Shown here piece after piece: positions 57,789 through 62,446 of a stretch of DNA of 62,446 nt. Source of the DNA: Clostridia bacterium (GTDB taxonomy: Bacteria; Bacillota; Clostridia; Oscillospirales; CAG-272); the NCBI GenBank assembly GCA_017536635.1, contig JAFXHA010000039.1, positions 1 to 62,446 on the forward strand. The letters run 5' to 3'. The notes beneath the pieces are model-generated. The model saw nothing but the letters and a program-made list of their open reading frames with translations. It searched no databases and had not been told where the DNA came from. A program made the position numbers and the translations under genes. How positions within the stretch are numbered: the stretch's first letter is position 1; every line of letters starts with the position of its first letter.

Positions 57789-57953
57789 TTTTTTAACCTT
57801 AATCCTCCCATATTTTTACATTACACCCATATTTTACCATAATGTTCGCAAAAGTTCAAGCGATTTACAAAAAAATTCCGACGAAAAAATCTACAAGAAT
57901 ATCAGGTAAAAAATGGAAATATTGCACAAAAGGGGAAAAACTCTTGATTTTTG

Positions 57954-58072
57954 TTGACAATGGGTTAATGATGTGATATAATAACAATGAAAATAGCACC
58001 GACAATTTTATTGCCGTGCAATAGGATATCAGCGCATAGAGTTGTCGGACGGGATAGCTTTGTGCGTTTTTT
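57954..58072 (+). promoter_or_regulatory. Sigma-A promoter and leader with mutually exclusive terminator/antiterminator
   Basis: TTGACA-17-TATAAT. 57999-58011 pairs with 58036-58048; alternatively 58032-58046 pairs with 58053-58067 ahead of a T run. Confidence 0.6.
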
Positions 58073-58135
58073 GCTTTATATCTACCAAATAAAGTGGAGA
58101 TATGGAAATATTAAAATACCGGATAGGAGGTTTTT

Positions 58136-58888
58136 ATGAAAACAGCGATTAAATTACTTGCTTTTGTTATGATTTGCGTTATCGTTGCGGCATCTTTTGC
58201 TGCGTGCTCGGAGAAACGTATACTTATTATTGACGATGATACGAACAGCTCTATGTCGTCGGGTGTATCTGACGTTACGTCAAATGACGATGATGCCGTA
58301 GAGCCGAGCAGTGAAACGTCGGAAGAATCATTAGATCCTTCGGAAAAAGTAAACGGCACATACGGTAATGAAACGATGCCGGACAATATTTACGTGCCTC
58401 AAGATACTATTGTAATCGAGGAGACTCGCGTTGTATACGGATATAACGATATTGTTGTAGATAATTTAATTTTTGATGAACTGAAGAATACGGTAATTGG
58501 ACATCTTACATTTAAATTGATAAACAACGATACTGAGTTTGCCGTAGCGGCGTGTAGCAACAATGCGAGTGTTATCATTCCGTCATCTATCAATTCTATT
58601 CCCGTAACGCAGATATACGATGAAGGATTTAAAGCTCGTTTTATTCCCGATATAGTTATTCCAAAGACGGTTAAATCTATAGGTATTGCGGCTTTTTCCG
58701 GCGGCGACTACAAGCCTCTTAATGCGGTATATTATGAGGGAACGGCAGAGGAGTGGAGAAGCATTAGTATTGATTCGTGGGCTAACGATCGCTTGATTAA
58801 AGCGCCCAAATTTTATTACTCCGATACCGAACCCACCGAGGAAGGCAATTATTGGCGCTACGTTGACGGTGTGCCGACGGTGTGGTGA
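58136..58888 (+). CDS. Lipoprotein with BspA-type leucine-rich repeat segment
   Basis: Lipobox FAAC, IPSSINSIPVTQI, IPKTVKSIGIAAF and YYEGT..EW. Confidence 0.8.
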   Translation: MKTAIKLLAFVMICVIVAASFAACSEKRILIIDDDTNSSMSSGVSDVTSNDDDAVEPSSETSEESLDPSEKVNGTYGNETMPDNIYVPQDTIVIEETRVVYGYNDIVVDNLIFDELKNTVIGHLTFKLINNDTEFAVAACSNNASVIIPSSINSIPVTQIYDEGFKARFIPDIVIPKTVKSIGIAAFSGGDYKPLNAVYYEGTAEEWRSISIDSWANDRLIKAPKFYYSDTEPTEEGNYWRYVDGVPTVW

Positions 58889-59958
58889 TGAAACGGCTTT
58901 TATACCTGATTATAGCAATCATATTGGCGATATCCTGTTCTTCCTGCGCCCAAAAAAGATTTCTCGTGATAGAGGATGATAGAATCGGAGAGGACTGCCG
59001 TGCGACAGACACGGCCGATACCGCAGATGGCAACAAGACGAGTGATACTGATTACTCTGATGAAACGAAAGAGACCGAGGTTAACGAGCCGGATGATCCC
59101 GACTGGGATACTTTACCGGAAACCTTAGAGGATATAGACGGCGTTGCACGGGGCGAATCTTTGGTTTTTGAGCTTAGCGTAAATAAAGAATACTATATCG
59201 TAGTTGACTACACCGGCACGGCAAACGTGGTTGATATTCCGGCGGTGCATCTTGGGAAGCCGGTGCGTGAGATAGGTGAGCGAGCCTTTGAAAACAGTAT
59301 AATAACAAGTGTAACGATACCGGACAGTATAATAGAAATCGGTAAATCTGCGTTTTATTACTGCACGCTGCTTGAAAGCCTGAAGCTGCCGAATAGCGTT
59401 ATTCGAATAGAAGAGGCGGCGTTTGCGCAGTGCCATTCACTAAAAAGCGTTGACGTAGGCGAAGGAGTCAAGATCATCGAGGCGTTTGCTTTTTTGCATT
59501 GCCGTAATCTTTCAGATATTGAATTGCCGCGTGGAATAGAGTATATATACGATGATGCCTTTCAGGATACGGCGTATTATAATAATCCGTCAAATTGGAT
59601 CGATAATGTTCTGTACATAAGAAACTATCTTATTGAGGCAAGTCCGGAGATCGAGGGTGAATATACTGTGAGAGAAGGCACCGCGCTTATAGCCGCCAAT
59701 GCTTTTTATAATAAAACAAAGCTTATCAGAGTAGATATGCCGAATAGCGTCGGGGTGGTGTGCGGCAGTGCATTCGCTTATTGTACAAACCTTGAAACCG
59801 TTTCATTTGGAGATGCGGTCATTGCGGAAACAGCATTTAACGGATGCGATAATATCAAGACTGTTTATTATACGGGGGCGTTGTACGATATTACAGCTAA
59901 AAAAGAAACATTGACCGAAAACGATCCATTGCTTGATGCAGAGTGGGTTGAGACGTAA
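58888..59958 (+). CDS. BspA-type leucine-rich repeat lipoprotein
   Basis: Repeats of xxPxSVxxIxxxAFxxCxxL behind a signal peptide containing Cys. Confidence 0.88.
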   Translation: MKRLLYLIIAIILAISCSSCAQKRFLVIEDDRIGEDCRATDTADTADGNKTSDTDYSDETKETEVNEPDDPDWDTLPETLEDIDGVARGESLVFELSVNKEYYIVVDYTGTANVVDIPAVHLGKPVREIGERAFENSIITSVTIPDSIIEIGKSAFYYCTLLESLKLPNSVIRIEEAAFAQCHSLKSVDVGEGVKIIEAFAFLHCRNLSDIELPRGIEYIYDDAFQDTAYYNNPSNWIDNVLYIRNYLIEASPEIEGEYTVREGTALIAANAFYNKTKLIRVDMPNSVGVVCGSAFAYCTNLETVSFGDAVIAETAFNGCDNIKTVYYTGALYDITAKKETLTENDPLLDAEWVET

Positions 59959-59993
59959 AAGCATAACAAAAAGGCGGATACCCGCCTTTTTTG

Positions 59994-60950
59994 TTATTCA
60001 AAAACGCTTTCGATGAGCTTTGTCGCGCCGAGCGGAGAATATCTCCAACGGGCGATATGAGCCGTGTTTTCACAATCCACGTAATATTTTATATTTTTTT
60101 CGGGCAGCGTTCCTCTGTACGAATCTATCAGCACCAGCTTTATCTTCATCTTGTCTGGAATAATGCTTTTTATGTAAACGGCTACGTATTCGCCGACGAT
60201 CGCGATGCTCTTGTCGTTCGTGCCCTCGCGTATCTCCGCAAGACCTGCGAGATTTGGAGCAAGCTCGATGAATACTCCGTAGCTCTCAACGCTTCTGACT
60301 ATTCCCATAACCGTTTGCCCGACCTCAAAGCCCGATGCGTTTTCAAGCCAGGTGCCGAGAAGCTCGCGCATACTGACGAATATCCTGCCGTTCTCTCTGT
60401 CAATGGATTTGACAACGGTGTATACCGTGTCGCCGACAGATAGCCTGTCGCTTGGATGAGAGATTCTGGATACGGATATGCTATCCACGGTGAGCAGGGA
60501 AGAGATGCCGCAGCCAATGTCCATAAACGCGCCAAAGCTGTCAAGATGCGTTACCCGTGCCAAGACCACGTCTCCCTCTATAAGATCCGAAAGATATTCG
60601 ATAAAGCATTGCTTTTGTGCCTCGCGTCGCGAAAGAATGGCAACGGTTCTTCCACCCTCATTCTCAAAGCCGATGACCTTGAAGCATACGGGCTTTCCGA
60701 CGCGCGTTATTACGGCGATATCCTTTACATCCTCGCCCTCTCGACAGAGCATAGCCTCCGACTTTTCAATAATGCCCCTGATGCCGTACAGGTCGATATG
60801 AAGCCTCATGCTGCTGTCGCAGAGAAGCACCGTGGCTTCAAGTATTTTTTCCTCGCTCATAGCGCGCTGAAGACCCGCGAGTGAGGATATGTATTCGCGA
60901 TTCTCCGCGTCCTTGATGAGCATTCCCTCGGGCTTGAAAAGATTTGGCAT
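59994..60950 (-). CDS. S1 RNA-binding domain protein
   Basis: Tandem S1 domains (VTHLDSFGAFMDIGCG, VRSVESYGVFIELAPNLAGLAE). Confidence 0.88.
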   Translation of the reverse strand: MPNLFKPEGMLIKDAENREYISSLAGLQRAMSEEKILEATVLLCDSSMRLHIDLYGIRGIIEKSEAMLCREGEDVKDIAVITRVGKPVCFKVIGFENEGGRTVAILSRREAQKQCFIEYLSDLIEGDVVLARVTHLDSFGAFMDIGCGISSLLTVDSISVSRISHPSDRLSVGDTVYTVVKSIDRENGRIFVSMRELLGTWLENASGFEVGQTVMGIVRSVESYGVFIELAPNLAGLAEIREGTNDKSIAIVGEYVAVYIKSIIPDKMKIKLVLIDSYRGTLPEKNIKYYVDCENTAHIARWRYSPLGATKLIESVFE

Positions 60951-61138
60951 GGCGATCTTGACCTCCGTTGTTTTTATTATGTTAAACTGTATGCAAGCAG
61001 TGATTTTTTTATTCCGGACGAATGTAAAAAATTTGTAACCGATAATAAGAAAAAACGAGGAAAATGCATCTCCGAGCGAGAAAACGGGAGCTATTGTATA
61101 TCTAAATTAAAAATTTAAAACTTTTTTTAAAAATAGAC

Positions 61139-61167
61139 TTGACAAGGCATACTTTGCGTGATATAAT
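61139..61167 (+). promoter_or_regulatory. Sigma-A promoter of rplM-rpsI
   Basis: TTGACA-17-TATAAT. Confidence 0.8.
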
Positions 61168-61208
61168 ATCCAAGCAAAATAATTAAAACAAAATTTTTGG
61201 AGGAAATT

Positions 61209-61637
61209 ATGTCAACCTACATGGCAAAAGTAGAAACGGTTGAGCGCAAGTGGTACGTAATTGACGCCGCAGGTAAGCCTCTCGGTAAGACCGCGGTAGC
61301 AGCTGCAACCATTCTTCGCGGCAAGCACCGTCCTGAGTTCACCCCTCACGTAGACTGCGGTGAATTCGTAATCATCATCAATGCAGACAAGGCAGTTCTC
61401 ACAGGCAAGAAGCTTGAGCAGAAGTATTACCGCCGTCATAGCGGATACATCGGCGGCCTTAAGGAAGTTCAGTACAAGACACTTATGGCAACCAAGCCCG
61501 AGCTCGCCATGGAGCTTGCAGTTAAGGGAATGCTTCCCCACAACTCTATCGGAGCAAAATCCGCAACCAGACTTAAGGTTTATGCAGGTGCTGAGCACAA
61601 CCACGCAGCACAGAAGCCTCAGGTAGTTGAGATATAA
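61209..61637 (+). CDS. rplM: 50S ribosomal protein L13
   Basis: [23 protein letters not shown] and AVKGMLP motifs. Confidence 0.98.
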   Translation: MSTYMAKVETVERKWYVIDAAGKPLGKTAVAAATILRGKHRPEFTPHVDCGEFVIIINADKAVLTGKKLEQKYYRRHSGYIGGLKEVQYKTLMATKPELAMELAVKGMLPHNSIGAKSATRLKVYAGAEHNHAAQKPQVVEI

Positions 61638-61653
61638 GAAGGAGGACGCATAA

Positions 61654-62055
61654 ATGTATACAAGTTCTAAGCCTTATTTCTACGGAACAGGTAGAAGAAA
61701 GAAATCCGTAGCACGTGTACGCATCGTACCCGGCACAGGTGTTATCACCATCAACAAGAAGAATATTGATGAGTACTTTGGTCTCGAGACCCTCAAGCTC
61801 ATCGTTAACCAGCCCTTCGCAGCAACCGCTACCGAGGGTAAGTTCGACATCATCGCTATCGTTAACGGCGGTGGACTTTCCGGACAGGCAGGAGCTATCC
61901 GTCACGGACTTGCTCGTGCACTCGTTGCAGCAGACGAAAACTACAAGCCCGCTCTCAAGGCAGCAGGATTCCTTACTCGTGATCCTCGTATGAAGGAAAG
62001 AAAGAAGTACGGACTCAAGGGCGCTCGTCGTGCACCTCAGTTCTCCAAGAGATAA
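61654..62055 (+). CDS. rpsI: 30S ribosomal protein S9
   Basis: [26 protein letters not shown] and RRAPQFSKR motifs. Confidence 0.98.
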   Translation: MYTSSKPYFYGTGRRKKSVARVRIVPGTGVITINKKNIDEYFGLETLKLIVNQPFAATATEGKFDIIAIVNGGGLSGQAGAIRHGLARALVAADENYKPALKAAGFLTRDPRMKERKKYGLKGARRAPQFSKR

Positions 62056-62080
62056 TTTCGACCTTTGGTCGAAACTTGCA

Positions 62081-62111
62081 AAAAAGGTTCTGCAACTGCA
62101 GAGCCTTTTTT
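62081..62111 (+). terminator. Terminator of rplM-rpsI
   Basis: AAAAAGGTTCTGCA-AC-TGCAGAGCCTTTTTT. Confidence 0.8.
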
Positions 62112-62129
62112 GTTATCTCTTGGAGAACA

Positions 62130-62304
62130 ATGAATTGCCCTTGCGGGCATGAATTGGCTGACGCCATGAATTGCTACCTCGCAGGCGAGGAGGCATGAAT
62201 TGCCTGCGGCATTAGAGAAACAGGGCAATTCAATTCATGAAATCGCAGATTTCAAATCATGAAGCCGCAAGGCTTCAATTCATGACGGCTTGCCGTCAAT
62301 TCAT
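62130..62304. repeat. Mirror-symmetric array of ATGAATTG/CAATTCAT repeats separated by short hairpins
   Basis: Four forward units, then four inverted units (one with a mismatch), each separated by a different small palindrome. Confidence 0.85.
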
Positions 62305-62385
62305 TTTCTTCCGCCGTCCTATTTACTTTTTGCCGTTTTTATGGTATAATCTAACTAATCGATAAACTTGAATTTGTAGGTGTGA

Positions 62386-62446
62386 ATGATGAAAACTTTA
62401 TATATGATTGGTGGCACTATGGGAGTCGGAAAAACAACTGTGTGCC
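62386..62446 (+). CDS. P-loop NTPase/kinase (partial, 5' end)
   Basis: MMKTLYMIGGTMGVGKTTVC contains a Walker A motif; truncated by the window edge. Confidence 0.75.
   Translation, partial: MMKTLYMIGGTMGVGKTTVC

Noticed and set aside
62130-62304. Possible CRISPR array
   Set aside because: Repeats are only 8 bp, spacers are short palindromes, orientation flips midway, and there are no cas genes.

Overview
A 62 kb chromosomal segment from a spore-forming Clostridia bacterium, probably Oscillospirales-like (inferred from spo0A, archaeal-type proS and the gene content). It opens with the right end of an integrated element, whose large serine recombinase ORF runs through a CCA end and a terminator. 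Housekeeping genes (rpe, ispDF, rpiB, tsaBE, pfkA, cinA, proS, cysK, spo0A, rplM, rpsI) alternate with carbohydrate-use genes (murQ operon; GH78, GH2, GH28, GH36 and clan-D-like hydrolases; MFS; AraC regulators) and many lipoproteins, including three paralogous solute-binding proteins with no transporter next to them. There are three tRNA genes: Arg-CCT, Arg-ACG and Gln-TTG. The most striking unexplained structure is a module behind all three tRNAs and, in part, behind the recombinase junction. It reads: terminator, inverted copy of that tRNA's own 3' end or T-arm, hairpins, then a direct T-arm copy split by a structured insert. It is tandemly duplicated at two loci, and a ~70-nt core is shared between two different loci. 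Other oddities: cassettes bracketed by duplicated terminators, an antitoxin-less mazF behind a sigma-F-like promoter, two candidate attenuators, a candidate sRNA/minigene, and a mirror-symmetric 8-bp repeat/hairpin array after rpsI. No CRISPR array or rRNA was seen. All family calls come from motif recognition, not database searches.
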